A stretch of DNA of 64,000 nt, taken from an uncultured Chloroflexia bacterium. GTDB lineage: Bacteria > Chloroflexota > Limnocylindria > Limnocylindrales > CSP1-4. How positions within the stretch are numbered: position 1 is the stretch's first letter; every line of letters starts with the position of its first letter. Below are positions 10,432 to 21,540 of this stretch, piece by piece. The notes below the pieces were generated by a model. The model was not told the DNA's origin. It ran no database searches and saw nothing but the letters and a program-made list of their open reading frames with translations. The stretch lies in assembly GCA_963763775.1 (NCBI GenBank), contig CAVXPZ010000001.1:1056001-1120000 (forward strand). Direction: 5' to 3'. The translations under genes and the position numbers were made by a program.

Positions 10432-11225
10432 GTGATCATCGATGTGCGGGGCCTGGTCGTCCGTCGTGGCGGCCGCACGATCCTCGGCCCGATCGACTGG
10501 CAGGTCGCCGAGGGCGAACGGTGGGTCGTGCTCGGGGCGAACGGCTCCGGCAAGACGACCCTGCTGTCCGCGGTGGGACTCACGCTGTGGCCGACGTCAG
10601 GCACCGTCGACGTGCTCGGCCATCGATACGGCAAGGTCGACAGTCGCGAGCTTCGGCGACGCATCGGGGCGGCCTCGAGCGCCGTGGAGCAGGAGTTGCT
10701 CGACCGGCTCACGCCGGCCGACCTCGTCATGAGCGCGATCAACGCTGCGACCGAACCCTGGTGGCACGAGTACGGAGCGGACGACCGGCAGCGCGCCCGT
10801 GCCGCCCTCGCTCGTCTCGGGCTGGCGGCGGCGGCCGACCAGCCGTTCGGGACGCTCTCGGCCGGCGAGCGTCGACGCGTCTCGATCGCGCGGGCGCTCG
10901 TGCCCGGATCCTGACCTCCTCCTGCTCGACGAGCCCGCGGCGAGCCTCGACCTGGCCGCGCGCGAGACGCTCCTCGCGGACCTGTCACGCCTCGCCGGAG
11001 GGACGCGACCCGCCGCCATGGTCCTCGTGTCGCACCACGTCGAGGAGATCCCGCCCGGCTTCGATCGCGCGCTGGTGCTCGCCGGGGGCCGGGCGGTCGC
11101 CCAAGGCCCGATCGAGGAGGTCGTCCGCGCCGACGTGCTGTCCGCCGCGCTCGGGATCCCGCTGATCGTGGAGCACCATGACGGCCGCATCTGGGCGCGG
11201 CTCGACCCGGCCGCCGACACGCGCC
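10432..11225 (+). CDS. ABC transporter ATP-binding protein (ModF/YlmA-like); frameshift near 10905, stop codon not visible, end approximate
   Basis: Walker A 'GANGSGKTT', signature 'LSAGE', Walker B 'LLLLDEP', 'SHHVEEIP'. Confidence 0.85.
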
Positions 11226-11254
11226 CGTCACACACCGCGCTCCACCATCGAGTC

Positions 11255-12820
11255 GTGAGCACCACCACCACCACCGCGTCCGCGTCCGCCTCGGACCTGG
11301 CCACGCCGTCCCGCGCGGCCGCGGCCGGCATCGCCGCGACCGCGGTCGCCCTCGGCATCTCGGAACTCCTGGCCGGCCTCCTCGCCGGCGCGACGTCGCT
11401 GGTCGCCGCCGTCGGCCAGGTCCTGATCGACGCGCAGCCGCCCGGGGCGAAGGACGTCGCCGTCTCGCTCTTCGGCAAGAACGACAAGCTCGCCTTCGAG
11501 CTTCTGATCGTGGCCATCGCGCTCGCGATCGGTGCCGCGCTCGGGCTCCTCGCTCGTCGCTGGTTCGCGGCCGCGGCCGCCGCGTTCATCGCGTTCGGGG
11601 TCGTCGGCGTCCTCGCCGCCCTGGCGGACCCGCTCGCCACGGTGACGATGGTCATCACGGCCGCGGCGGTCTCCATCGGCGCCGCGCTCTGGGTCCTCGG
11701 CTGGCTGATCCAGGGCGGCGCCGTCCGCGACCGCTATGGGATGCCGGACTGGTCGCGCCGCTCGTTCATGATCCGCGCCGGGTCGGTCACGGCTGCGGCG
11801 GTCGTCGCGGGCTACGCGGGCCGGACGCTCCTCGAGCGCCAACAGGTGGCCCCGAGCTCGGGAGCCGTCGCGATCCCGCCGGCATCGGAGACCGTGCCGG
11901 CGCTCGGGCCGGACGCGGACCTGTCCACCTCCGTGACGGACCTGACCCCGATCGTGATGCCCAACGACCGGTTCTACCGGATCGACACCGCGCTCCTCGT
12001 GCCATCCGTGGACGCGACCACCTGGTCGCTCCGCGTGCATGGCATGGTGGACCGCGAGACCACGCTCACCTTCGAGGAGCTCGTCGGACTGCCGATGTTC
12101 GAGCAGTACGTGACGATCTCCTGCGTGAGCAACGAGGTCGGCGGCGACCTCGTCGGCAACGCGAAGTGGACCGGCGTCCGCCTCCGGGACGTCCTCGACC
12201 TCGCCGGCGTGCAGGCCGGCGCCACCCAACTGGTCGGCCGATCCGTGGACGGTTTCACCGCCGGCATGCCGACGGCCTGGGTGATGGACCCGGACCGCGA
12301 GCCGATGATCGCGGTGAAGATGAACGACGTGCCCCTGCCGCCGAAGCACGGCTACCCGGCGCGGCTCATCGTGCCGGGCCTCTACGGCTACGTCTCCGCC
12401 ACCAAGTGGCTCTCGGAGCTCGAGCTGACCACGCTCGAGGCGTTCGACGGCTACTGGGTGCCGCTGGGCTGGTCCAAGGAGGCGCCGATCCTGACGCAGT
12501 CACGGATCGACACCCCGGCCTACGGGATCACGCTGCCCGCCGGCCGTGTCCCGATCGCCGGCATCGCCTGGGCCCCGGACCGTGGCGTCACCAAGGTCGA
12601 GGTCGGCATCGACGACACCTGGCACGAGGCCCAGCTCTCCCACCCGATCTCCGACGCGACGTGGGTCCAGTGGGTCGCCTATTGGGACGCGACGCCCGGC
12701 GACCACGTCATCGCGGTCCGCGCCACCGATGGCACGGGCGCCGTCCAGACCGACCAGCGGACGCCGCCGGCCCCGGACGGCGCGCGGGGCTGGCACACGA
12801 TCCAGGTCCACATCGGCTAG
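11255..12820 (+). CDS. Membrane-bound molybdopterin oxidoreductase, sulfite oxidase/MsrP family
   Basis: 4 TM helices, then 'SRRSFMI' + TM; 'FYRIDTAL', Mo-ligand 'ISCVSNEVGG', 'HGYPARLIVPGLYGYVSATKW'; CACCAT -10 six nt before the GTG. Confidence 0.9.
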   Translation: MSTTTTTASASASDLATPSRAAAAGIAATAVALGISELLAGLLAGATSLVAAVGQVLIDAQPPGAKDVAVSLFGKNDKLAFELLIVAIALAIGAALGLLARRWFAAAAAAFIAFGVVGVLAALADPLATVTMVITAAAVSIGAALWVLGWLIQGGAVRDRYGMPDWSRRSFMIRAGSVTAAAVVAGYAGRTLLERQQVAPSSGAVAIPPASETVPALGPDADLSTSVTDLTPIVMPNDRFYRIDTALLVPSVDATTWSLRVHGMVDRETTLTFEELVGLPMFEQYVTISCVSNEVGGDLVGNAKWTGVRLRDVLDLAGVQAGATQLVGRSVDGFTAGMPTAWVMDPDREPMIAVKMNDVPLPPKHGYPARLIVPGLYGYVSATKWLSELELTTLEAFDGYWVPLGWSKEAPILTQSRIDTPAYGITLPAGRVPIAGIAWAPDRGVTKVEVGIDDTWHEAQLSHPISDATWVQWVAYWDATPGDHVIAVRATDGTGAVQTDQRTPPAPDGARGWHTIQVHIG

Positions 12821-12856
12821 TCCCGGCCCAAGGCGAATTCGGTATAGAGTCGGGGC

Positions 12857-13447
12857 ATGGCACGACGTCGCTTCATCTTCGACCCCCCGGAGCGGTTCGT
12901 CGCCGGCACCATCGGTGAGCCCGGCGACCGGACGTTCTTCATCCAGGCGCGCGACGGCGCGCGCATCGTGAGCATCGTCCTCGAGAAGGTCCAGGTCGCG
13001 GTCCTCGCCGAGCGGCTCGGCGACCTGTTGGACGAGCTCGACCGGCGCGGGGTCCCCGAGGCCGCGAGTGGCGGCACAGCCTCCGCGGCGAGCACCGCGG
13101 CCGTCGGCGCCGCCGAGGACGTCGCCCCCCTCGACGAGCCGCTCAACGAGGCGTTCCGGGCCGGGTCCCTGACCCTCGGCTGGGATGTCGACGCCGAGCG
13201 GGTCCTGCTCGAGGCGCGGGCGCAGGACGAGGACGGCGAGCCGGTCGACCCGGACGATGACGACGAGGAGGACGAGGACGGGCCGGACCTCCTGCGCGTG
13301 CGGCTGACCGCCGACGCCGCCCGAGCCTTCGTCGCGCGCGCGAACCGCGTCGTGGCCGCCGGCCGGCTGCCGTGTCCCCTGTGCGGGGCGCCGCTCGACC
13401 CGAGCGGCCACATCTGCCCCCGTCGCAACGGCCACTACCTCAACTAG
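12857..13447 (+). CDS. DUF3090 family protein with C-terminal Zn finger
   Basis: 'FVAGTIGEPGDRTFFIQA', 'EKVQV', 'GRLPCPLCGAPLDPSGHICPRRNGH'. Confidence 0.9.
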   Translation: MARRRFIFDPPERFVAGTIGEPGDRTFFIQARDGARIVSIVLEKVQVAVLAERLGDLLDELDRRGVPEAASGGTASAASTAAVGAAEDVAPLDEPLNEAFRAGSLTLGWDVDAERVLLEARAQDEDGEPVDPDDDDEEDEDGPDLLRVRLTADAARAFVARANRVVAAGRLPCPLCGAPLDPSGHICPRRNGHYLN

Positions 13448-13462
13448 CCGCCGGACCCGACC

Positions 13463-14197
13463 GTGCTCGACCCAGCGGCGACGCTCGCCGTCCTCGGCGA
13501 TGGCGACATCGAGGTCGTCGGGCGGATCATCGGCTCGTCCAACAACGCCCTGCTCGTCACGATCACGCGGGTCTGCCCGGACCCGGAGCCGGCCATCGTG
13601 GTCGACGCCATCTACAAGCCGACGATCGGGGAGCGCCCGCTCGACGACTTCCCGGACGGGACGCTGTGCCGTCGCGAAGTCGCCGCGTGGCATGTCTCGG
13701 AGGCGACGGGTTGGGGCATCGTGCCGCCGACGATCCTGCGCGACGGGCCGTTCGGCGAGGGGATGGTCCAGGCGTTCGTCGAGGCCGACCCGGACGTGGA
13801 CGTGGTCGAGATGGTGCTCGGCGACGACCCGCGGCTGCGCCGGATGGCCGCGCTCGATGCCGCGATGAACAACACCGATCGCAAGGGCGGACACATCCTG
13901 CCGGTCGATGGCGGGTCACGGATCCACGGCGTGGACCACGGCGTGTGCTTCTCGACGGTGCCGAAACTCCGGACCGTGCTGTGGGGCTGGCGCGGGGAAC
14001 CCCTGGCGCCGGACGAGATCGCGGGCCTCGAGCGGGTGCGGGACGGGCTTGACGGCGACCTCGGGGTCAGGCTGCGCGAGCTGCTGTCGGCGGCCGAGGT
14101 GCGCGCGACCCGCCGCCGCGTGGAGGCGCTCCTCGCGGACCCGGTGTTCCCCCAGCCGTCGCCGAACTGGCCGGCCATCCCCTGGCCGCCGTTCTAG
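13463..14197 (+). CDS. SCO1664-family protein (PI3/4-kinase-like fold)
   Basis: 'YKPTIGERPLDDFPDGTL', 'NNTDRKGGH', 'GVDHG', C-terminal 'IPWPPF'. Confidence 0.9.
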   Translation: MLDPAATLAVLGDGDIEVVGRIIGSSNNALLVTITRVCPDPEPAIVVDAIYKPTIGERPLDDFPDGTLCRREVAAWHVSEATGWGIVPPTILRDGPFGEGMVQAFVEADPDVDVVEMVLGDDPRLRRMAALDAAMNNTDRKGGHILPVDGGSRIHGVDHGVCFSTVPKLRTVLWGWRGEPLAPDEIAGLERVRDGLDGDLGVRLRELLSAAEVRATRRRVEALLADPVFPQPSPNWPAIPWPPF

Positions 14198-14276
14198 GCG
14201 TGACGCGGCCGGTCCAGGCCGCTCCAGACCCGACGCAGCCGGCCTCGGTGGCGCACGATACGTCCCGGAGGTGGCG

Positions 14277-15878
14277 ATGCGGCGATGGAACGGCTGGGGC
14301 GACGACGCGATCGACGCGCCCCTGCCGACGGCCGCCGCGGAGCTCCTGACCCAGCTGGTCGGCCCGGGCACACGGCCGCACGACGCGACCCTTCGCGAGG
14401 TCGTGGCCGCGGCGCCGCCGACTCGCCTGACCGATGACGCGACGATAGACGTCGATCCCGAGGCACGCGTCCGCCACGCGCGGGGGCAGAGCCTGCCGGA
14501 CTGGATCGCCCTGCGCTCCGGCCGCGTCGGCAGGCTCCCCGACGCCGTCGCGCATCCGGTCGACGCCGCAGCCGTTCGAGGCGTCCTGGACCTCGCCCGC
14601 GCGGCGGGCGCCACGCTGGTCCCGTACGGCGGCGGGACGAGCGTCGTGGGCGGCGTGGACATCGGTCCGGGCGACCCTCCCGTCATCACGGTCGCGCTGG
14701 ACCGACTCGTGGGCATCACGGCCATCGACGAGCGCAGCGGCCTCGCGACGTTCGGGGCCGGCACGACCGGCCCGGCCGTCGAGGCCGCCCTCGCGGACCA
14801 CGGGCTGACGCTCGGGCATTACCCGCAGTCCTGGGAGCACTCGACGGTCGGTGGCTGGGTCGTCACGCGATCGTCCGGACAGCAGTCGGTCGGGTACGGC
14901 CGCATCGAGGCCCTCTTCGCGGGCGGCCACCTCGAGACCCCCGCCGGGCCGCTGGACCTCCCGACGTTCCCGGCGTCGGCCGCCGGGCCGGACGTCCGGC
15001 AACTCGTCCTCGGCTCGGAGGGACGCGCCGGGATCCTGACCGACGTGGTCGTCCGTGCCACGCCGATCCCGGCGACCGAGCGCTTCGACGCGTTCGTCGT
15101 CGCCGACTGGGGCCGCGCGATGGAGCTCGCCCGGTCGCTCGCTCGGTCGCGACTGCCGATCTCGATGGTCCGCGCCTCGACGCCGCTCGAGACCGCGACG
15201 GCGTTCGCCATGAGCTCGAACCCCGGCGGTGTGCGCTGGCTCAAACGCTATCTCGCCCTTCGAGGCCAGGACGTGGGCCGGTGCCTCGTGATCGTGGCGT
15301 TGACGGGCACCCGGTCCGCGGTGGCGAGCGCCGCCGGCGAGGTCGCGCGGATCGTCCGCGGCCAGGGCGGCGTCGGCGCCCCGATGGTCGGCCACACCTG
15401 GCACAAGGAGCGGTTCGCGGCGCCGTACCTTCGCAACACCCTGTGGGAGGCCGGGTACGCCGTGGACACCCTCGAGACAGCGGCCGACTGGACGCGGATC
15501 GGGCCGCTGGCCGCCGCGCTCGGCCCGGCGCTCCGCCACGGGCTCGACGACCTCGACGAGCGGGTCCATGCCTTCACGCACCTGTCGCACGTGTACCCGA
15601 GCGGGTCGAGCCTGTACACCACGTACGTCTTCCGGCTGGCCGACGACCCGGACGACACGCTCGAGCGATGGCGCCGGCTCAAGACGGCCGCGTCCGGGGT
15701 GATCGTGGCGCACGGCGGGACCATCACCCACCAGCACGGGATCGGCCGCGACCACGCGCCGTACCTCGCCGCCGAGAAGGGCCCGCTCGGGATGGCGGCC
15801 ACGAGCGCCGCCCTGCACGCCCTCGATCCGGATGGGGTGATGTCGCCGGGCGTCCTCCTCCAGGAGGCTCCCGCGTGA
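14277..15878 (+). CDS. FAD-binding oxidoreductase, alkyl-DHAP synthase-like
   Basis: 'MRRWNGWG', 'PYGGGTSVVGG', 'GHYPQSWEHSTVGGW', 'HLSHVY', 'THQHGIG'. Confidence 0.88.
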   Translation: MRRWNGWGDDAIDAPLPTAAAELLTQLVGPGTRPHDATLREVVAAAPPTRLTDDATIDVDPEARVRHARGQSLPDWIALRSGRVGRLPDAVAHPVDAAAVRGVLDLARAAGATLVPYGGGTSVVGGVDIGPGDPPVITVALDRLVGITAIDERSGLATFGAGTTGPAVEAALADHGLTLGHYPQSWEHSTVGGWVVTRSSGQQSVGYGRIEALFAGGHLETPAGPLDLPTFPASAAGPDVRQLVLGSEGRAGILTDVVVRATPIPATERFDAFVVADWGRAMELARSLARSRLPISMVRASTPLETATAFAMSSNPGGVRWLKRYLALRGQDVGRCLVIVALTGTRSAVASAAGEVARIVRGQGGVGAPMVGHTWHKERFAAPYLRNTLWEAGYAVDTLETAADWTRIGPLAAALGPALRHGLDDLDERVHAFTHLSHVYPSGSSLYTTYVFRLADDPDDTLERWRRLKTAASGVIVAHGGTITHQHGIGRDHAPYLAAEKGPLGMAATSAALHALDPDGVMSPGVLLQEAPA

Positions 15879-17450
15879 GCGAGGCGCCGGACACGATCGT
15901 CGCCATCGATGTCGGCACGCAGAGCGTCCGCGCGATCGCCTTCGACCCGACCGGGTCGTTGCTGGCCAGCGCCAGGATCCCGATCCAGCCATACGTCTCG
16001 CCGCGACCCGGCTGCGCCGAGCAGGACCCCGAGCTGTACTGGCGCTCGGTCGGCGAGGCCACGCGTCGCCTCCTCGCGGAGCCGGCCGTCGAGGCGGACG
16101 CCATCGCCGGCGTCACCCTCACGACCCAGCGCGGCACGGTCATCGTCACCGACGAGGCCGGGGACCCGATCCGGCCGGCCATCGTGTGGCTCGACGGATG
16201 CCGTGCGGCCCACCCGCCGAGGGTCGGCGGCGCCATGGGCCTCGTCTTCCGGGCGACCGGCCTGACCGACACCGTCGAAGGGTTCGCCGCCGACTGCGAG
16301 GCGAACTGGCTCCGCGAGGCGGAACCGGACGCGTGGCGGTCGGTGCGCCACTACGTGGGGCTCTCCGGGTTCATCGCGCATCGGCTGACCGGCCGCTGGG
16401 TCGATTTCGACCGCGGCCCAGGTCGGCTACCTCCCGTTCGACTACAAGGCCCTCCGGTGGGCGAAGCCCGGCGATTGGAAATGGACCGTCGCGCCGCTCG
16501 ACCCGGCGTGGCTGCCCGAGCTGGTCGCGCCGACGGAGCCGCTGGGGGCGTTGTCGGCCGCGGCGGCCGTGCACACGGGCCTGCCCGTCGGCCTGCCGGT
16601 GATCGCGTCGGCGGCGGACAAGGCCTGCGAGGTCCTCGGCTCCGGGGCGGTCACCTCGGACGTGCTGGGGTTGTCGTACGGCACGGCCGCGACGGCGAAC
16701 GTCACGAGTGCCCGCTACGTGGAACCCATCCCGCTCATCCCGCCGTTCCCGGCGGCCATCCCGGGGAGCTGGAACCTCGAGACCCAGGTCTACCGCGGCT
16801 ACTGGATGGTGGAGTGGTTCAAGCGCGAGTTCGGGGATCGCGAGATCGCCGAGGCGGACATCCGCGGCATCGCGGCGGAGGTGCTGTTCGACGACCTCAT
16901 CCGCTCGGTGCCGCCGGGGTCGGACGGGCTGATGCTCCAGCCGTACTGGTCGCCGGGTGTCCGGATCCCGGGGCCGGAGGCGCGCGGCGCCATCATCGGC
17001 TTCAACGCGGTCCACACCCGGGCGCACCTCTACCGCGCCATCATCGAGGGCCTCGCGTACGCGCTCCGCGAAGGGGCCGAGCGGACGGCCAAGCGGACCG
17101 GCGTGCCACTGACCGCGATCCGCATCGCCGGCGGCGGCTCGCAGAGCCCGGCCGCGGTCCAGCTCACCGCGGATGTGTTCGGGATGCCCGTGAGCCGCGC
17201 CCACACGCACGAGACATCGGCCCTGGGCGCGGCGATCGACGCCTCGGTCGGCCTCGGCTTCCACCCGGACGTCCCCACCGCGGCGGCCCGGATGGTCAGG
17301 ACCGCCGAGACCCGTGACCCGGATCCGGCGGTCCATGCGCGCTATGACGAGTGGTTCCGGGCGGTCTACCGCCCGATGTACGGCCGGCTGCGGCCGCTGT
17401 ACCGCGAACTCCGACGCATCGCCGGAGCCGGGCTGACGGTGCAAGCCTAG
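15875..17450 (+). CDS. FGGY-family carbohydrate kinase (frameshift near 16405)
   Basis: 'AIDVGTQS', 'EQDPE', 'TTQR', 'DKACE', 'GGGSQS'. Confidence 0.9.
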
Positions 17451-18034
17451 CCCGCGGTTCGGGCGGCCTTGACGACCATCGAGTTCGCGAAGACGTCCTG
17501 GTAGCCCTGCTTGGTCGGGCTGTCCGCGGTCGTCTTGAGCAGGAAGATGTACCAGGCGATGACCGCCAGTCCGATCACCAGTCCGATGGTCACCCCGAGC
17601 GACACCTGCGCGGCCTGGGAGATGACCTGGGGTCCGAAGATGATCAGCCAACGACGGATCGCCTGCTCCTGCTTGAGCGTGGCCCCATCGCCGGCGTTGC
17701 CGATCTGCATGCCCAGCGCCTTCATGCCGATGGTGCCGCGCTGCGCGGTCCACATGTACGTGAAGTACCCGGCGCTGATGGCCAGGCCGACGACGACCGT
17801 GGCCAGGAAACCGATGATGTTCAGCCCGAGGATCCCGTTGATCACCCCGAAGATGATCAGGTTGACGACCCCCAGGATGATCGAGTCGATGATCAGCGCG
17901 ATGATGCGGTTCGGGACATCGGCATAGACGAACCCGGCCGGGCCAGCGGCCGCAGGTGCCACGGGCGGCGGCGGTGGCGCGGACCAGCCGCTGGATGGCG
18001 TGCCTTGGTCGCCGGGGGATCCGCTCTCAGTCAT
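17447..18034 (-). CDS. RDD family membrane protein
   Basis: 'YADVPNRIIALIID', 'GTIGMKALG', 'QGYQD'; Pro-rich N-terminus. Confidence 0.85.
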   Translation of the reverse strand: MTESGSPGDQGTPSSGWSAPPPPPVAPAAAGPAGFVYADVPNRIIALIIDSIILGVVNLIIFGVINGILGLNIIGFLATVVVGLAISAGYFTYMWTAQRGTIGMKALGMQIGNAGDGATLKQEQAIRRWLIIFGPQVISQAAQVSLGVTIGLVIGLAVIAWYIFLLKTTADSPTKQGYQDVFANSMVVKAARTAG

Positions 18035-18161
18035 CGACCCACCTCAATGCCCTTCCTCGACGGGGCCCTTGCCCGTCCATGCTGCGTGAGCATAGGGGTC
18101 AACGGACCGCACGGATAGACCCGAACCGCGCGTCCAGGGGGCGACGGCGCACCGGATCCCC

Positions 18162-19196
18162 CTAGGCACGCACCTCCTGGCGCATGAAGAGCGCATACGC
18201 CGCCGCGAAGCACACGACGGTCAGCGCGACGAGGGCCACGGCCTGCGGCCAGACCAGCAGCATGCTCTGGTCGAGCGTCAGGAGCCCCGGGATCTGCTGT
18301 TGTGCCTGCTCCAGCTGGCCGATCGTCGCCGGCGTGGAGACCTGGGTCAGGTTCGGCTGCAGGATGACCGCGGACATCTCCTGGTACAGCGTGCTCGGCA
18401 GGAGCCGCGTGATGAACTCCTGCGTCTGGTAGCTCCCCAGGATCTGGTCGTTCGTGGCCCCGGCTGCGGGTGCGAAGATGCCCGACACCAGCGTCGTGAT
18501 CAGCTGGCCGAAGATCGTCACGAGCAGCCAGACCCCGAACCCGATGAGGGCCGACGTCGCCGCACGGCGGATGACCACCGACAGCAGCAGGCCGAATGAC
18601 AGCCACAGGGCCACGTACAGGAACGTGGCGAAGACCCAGGCGGCGAGCCGCAGGATCTCCTGGCCATGCGGGACGATCCCGAGGCGCAGCATCCCGAAGC
18701 CGGCGATGAACGTCACGACGGCGACGAGGACCAGGCCGATGACGCCGAGGCCGGCCGCGAACTTGCCGTTGATCACGTCGTCGCGGTAGATCGGCTGGGC
18801 CAGGAGCCGCGGCAGCGTCCCCTCCGACCGCTCGCCGTTGACCGCGTCGAACGCGAAGGCCAGCCCGAGCAGCGGCGCCACGATCGCCACGAATTGGTCG
18901 ACCCGCAGGATCGCGATGTCCTGTGGGCCGAGGGTGAAGAGGGCCAGGAAGACGGCCGGGACGCCGGACGCCGCGCCGGCCACGGCCCGGATCCGGTCCG
19001 CGGCGAAGTAGAGCGGGATCGCCGCCGCCAGCCCCAGGACCACGAGCAGCACGACGAACCGGACACTCGTCACGTGATCGCCGAATTCCTTGGCCGCCAC
19101 GACGCGCCAGCCGGCGCTCGGGACGCGGCGGGCGTGGGCCGCCTCCACGGGCGACGGGACGGGCGTCGTCTCGACCGGGGTCGCCGCGGCGCTCAT
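18162..19196 (-). CDS. ABC-2 type transporter permease
   Basis: 'VAAKEF', '[31 protein letters not shown]'; multiple TM helices; ATGA overlap with the ATPase. Confidence 0.9.
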   Translation of the reverse strand: MSAAATPVETTPVPSPVEAAHARRVPSAGWRVVAAKEFGDHVTSVRFVVLLVVLGLAAAIPLYFAADRIRAVAGAASGVPAVFLALFTLGPQDIAILRVDQFVAIVAPLLGLAFAFDAVNGERSEGTLPRLLAQPIYRDDVINGKFAAGLGVIGLVLVAVVTFIAGFGMLRLGIVPHGQEILRLAAWVFATFLYVALWLSFGLLLSVVIRRAATSALIGFGVWLLVTIFGQLITTLVSGIFAPAAGATNDQILGSYQTQEFITRLLPSTLYQEMSAVILQPNLTQVSTPATIGQLEQAQQQIPGLLTLDQSMLLVWPQAVALVALTVVCFAAAYALFMRQEVRA

Positions 19197-20228
19197 GCGG
19201 CCGTCCCGGTCGTCGGGCCGGCGGCGATCGCCCGGTCCGCGACCCCGCGGCGATGGAGCGCCGTGCGGTAGATGTCGTCGAGCGACGGCACGATCGGCCG
19301 GATCGCCGTGAGTCGCAGGCCGTGCTCGACGGCGGCCGCGAGGACGGCCTGCCGGACGCTCCCCTCCTCGGCCGCCGGCCGCACGGTCAACCGCCACGCA
19401 TCGGACCGCGGCTCGGGCGGCTGGACCGCCACGACGCCATGCAGCCCGCCGAGGACGCCTTTGGCGCGGGCGATGTCCGCGGGTGTCGCGAGCTCCAGGC
19501 CCACCTCGAGGGTGGCCGCGCCGTCGCCGAACAGGCTGGCGAGCCGGGCCACGGTCCCCTCGCCCACGAGCTTGCCCGCGGCGAAGATCCCGATCCGGTC
19601 GCAGACCGACTGGACCTGCGTCAGCAGGTGGCTGGAGAGCAGGATCGCCAGGCCGCGCTCCTCCACGAGCCCGCGGAGCAGGTCGAGGATCTCGACGACG
19701 CCGAGCGGGTCGATGGCGGTCGTCGGCTCGTCGAGGATGAGGATGTCGGGCGACTTCACGAGCGCGTCGGCGATCCCGAGCCGCTGGCGCATGCCCCGCG
19801 AGTACGTGTCGACGCGGTCGATCCGCCCGGTCGGTCAGGCCCACCTGGTCGAGGACCTCCACCATCGCGTCCTCCGCCTCGCGGCCGCGCAGGCCGTTCA
19901 GACGGGCCGTGTAGCGCAGGTTCTGGCGTCCGGTCATGCCCCCGTAGAAGCCCACGGCGTCGGGGAGGTACCCCACCCGGCGCTTGACCTCGCGCGGGTG
20001 GCGCGCCGGGTCCATCCCGGCCACGATCGCCTCGCCGCTCGTGGGCTCGGTGAGCCCGAGGAGCATGAGGATCGTCGTCGTCTTGCCCGCCCCGTTCTGG
20101 CCGAGCAGCCCGAAGATCTCGCCCGGCCGGACCTCGAGGTCGAGGTGGTCGACCGCGGTCAGCGAGCCGTAGCGCTTCGTCAGGCGGCGGGTCCGGATCA
20201 GCGGCTCGTCGCGTCCGTCGCGGCCCAT
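19193..20228 (-). CDS. ABC transporter ATP-binding protein (frameshift near 19820)
   Basis: 'GQNGAGKTT', 'YSRGMRQRL', 'ILILDEPT', 'SSHLL'. Confidence 0.9.
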
Positions 20229-20259
20229 GTCGTCTCCTCCCGTCCCGATGCCGCCGCGC

Positions 20260-21414
20260 CTATCGGCGGCCGTACCGGCGGAAGATCCAGCCGAGTCCGA
20301 TGAGGACCAGCACGATCAACCCGACCCCGACCGCGCCCCAGAGCAGGGAGGTCTCGACGGTCACGCGGATGTCGGCACTGGAGCTCGCGGCGTCGGCCGT
20401 CGCCTTGAACGTCGTGACGTAGTCGCCCGCGATCGCCTGGCTCGACGGCGTCAGCGTCGCGGTCACCTGCACGGACTGGCCGGGCGCGACATTGACGGTC
20501 GGCTGGTCGAAGGTGACGTCCCACCCGGTCGGCGTCGACGCGGTCATCTTCACGCCCTCGACGACGGCCGTGCCGTCGTTCTGGACGACGAGCGAGACCG
20601 CGGTCGCGGACCCCGCCGATGCCTGGGCATTGAGCCGCCCGTCGGGCGTCGTCAGCGTGAGCTTGTAGGAGCCCGTGATCTCGACCGCGAGGTCCTGGTG
20701 CGCGGTCCGCTGGCCGCTGGTCACGTCGACGGCGATCGGGTAGACCCCGGCGGTGACGCCGTCCGGCGCCGTGGCCGTCACCGAGACCGGCGTCGTGCTC
20801 CCGGCCTTGACGATCGCGCTGGCGGCCTGGCTCTCGGAGCTCACTTGCGTCGTGATCGTCCACCCGGCCGGGCCGGTCGAGACACCGGTGAACGTGAGGT
20901 CCTCGGCCGTGTCGTTGTGGAGCGTCAGGTTGAAGGTGAACGTGCTGGTCGAGGGGCCCTTCAGCTGCGGGAAGTCCGTGGTCAGGCTCACTTCGCCGGC
21001 CGCCTGCGGGTTGATCCGGATGTCGAGCGGCAGCACGGTGGAACCGCCGGAGGTGGTCGCGACGACCTCGATCCGGTAGGTCTTGGCGGTGGCGGTGGCG
21101 GGCGGGGTGACATCCAGGCGGACGGCCGTCGGGGCCTTCGAGGTCGTCTGGACCCCGTCGACGACGAACCCGCCGCCGAAGAGCGAGGCCGTCCAGTCCG
21201 TCGGCGTGCCGCGCACGGAAAGGTCGACGCGGGCGGGCGACGGCGTGTCGACGGCCAGGTCGAAGCTGACCTTGGTCCCGGGCGCCACGGCGACCGCTGG
21301 ATAGGGCGTCGTCAGGGTCACGGCATCGGCCGCCGACACGAGGGGCGCGCCGATGATCGACGACAAGAGCGTGACGAGGCCGAATGCGGCCAGGGTGCGT
21401 CCGAACCGAGCCAT
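20260..21414 (-). CDS. Exported, C-terminally anchored Ig-like repeat protein (NEW3 domain type)
   Basis: Signal peptide from ATG 21414 (GGAGG RBS); three Ig-like repeats ('PTDWT', 'PAGWT', 'PTGWD'); C-terminal TM + RRYGRR. Confidence 0.85.
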   Translation of the reverse strand: MARFGRTLAAFGLVTLLSSIIGAPLVSAADAVTLTTPYPAVAVAPGTKVSFDLAVDTPSPARVDLSVRGTPTDWTASLFGGGFVVDGVQTTSKAPTAVRLDVTPPATATAKTYRIEVVATTSGGSTVLPLDIRINPQAAGEVSLTTDFPQLKGPSTSTFTFNLTLHNDTAEDLTFTGVSTGPAGWTITTQVSSESQAASAIVKAGSTTPVSVTATAPDGVTAGVYPIAVDVTSGQRTAHQDLAVEITGSYKLTLTTPDGRLNAQASAGSATAVSLVVQNDGTAVVEGVKMTASTPTGWDVTFDQPTVNVAPGQSVQVTATLTPSSQAIAGDYVTTFKATADAASSSADIRVTVETSLLWGAVGVGLIVLVLIGLGWIFRRYGRR

Positions 21415-21540
21415 CCCGAGCGGTACCTCCTCCATCAAGCGTGCGCCGTCAGCGACACAGACGGCGGGAGTCTGCGGTGCGGAACGGGGTGGATTCAACC
21501 AACGGAAGGTGAAGACTCCTGAACCTTCCGGCCGGGTCGG

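Noticed and set aside
10799-12820. Apparent ABC-ATPase / molybdoenzyme fusion (673-aa ORF)
   Set aside because: The ATPase is already frameshifted, the linker is low-complexity, and the oxidoreductase has its own CACCAT-N6-GTG start at 11255; a stop lost to an indel is more likely.
18162-20228. 688-aa ORF joining the ABC ATPase N-terminus to the permease
   Set aside because: Artefact of one frameshift near 19820; the ATPase C-half lies in another frame (19193-19792).
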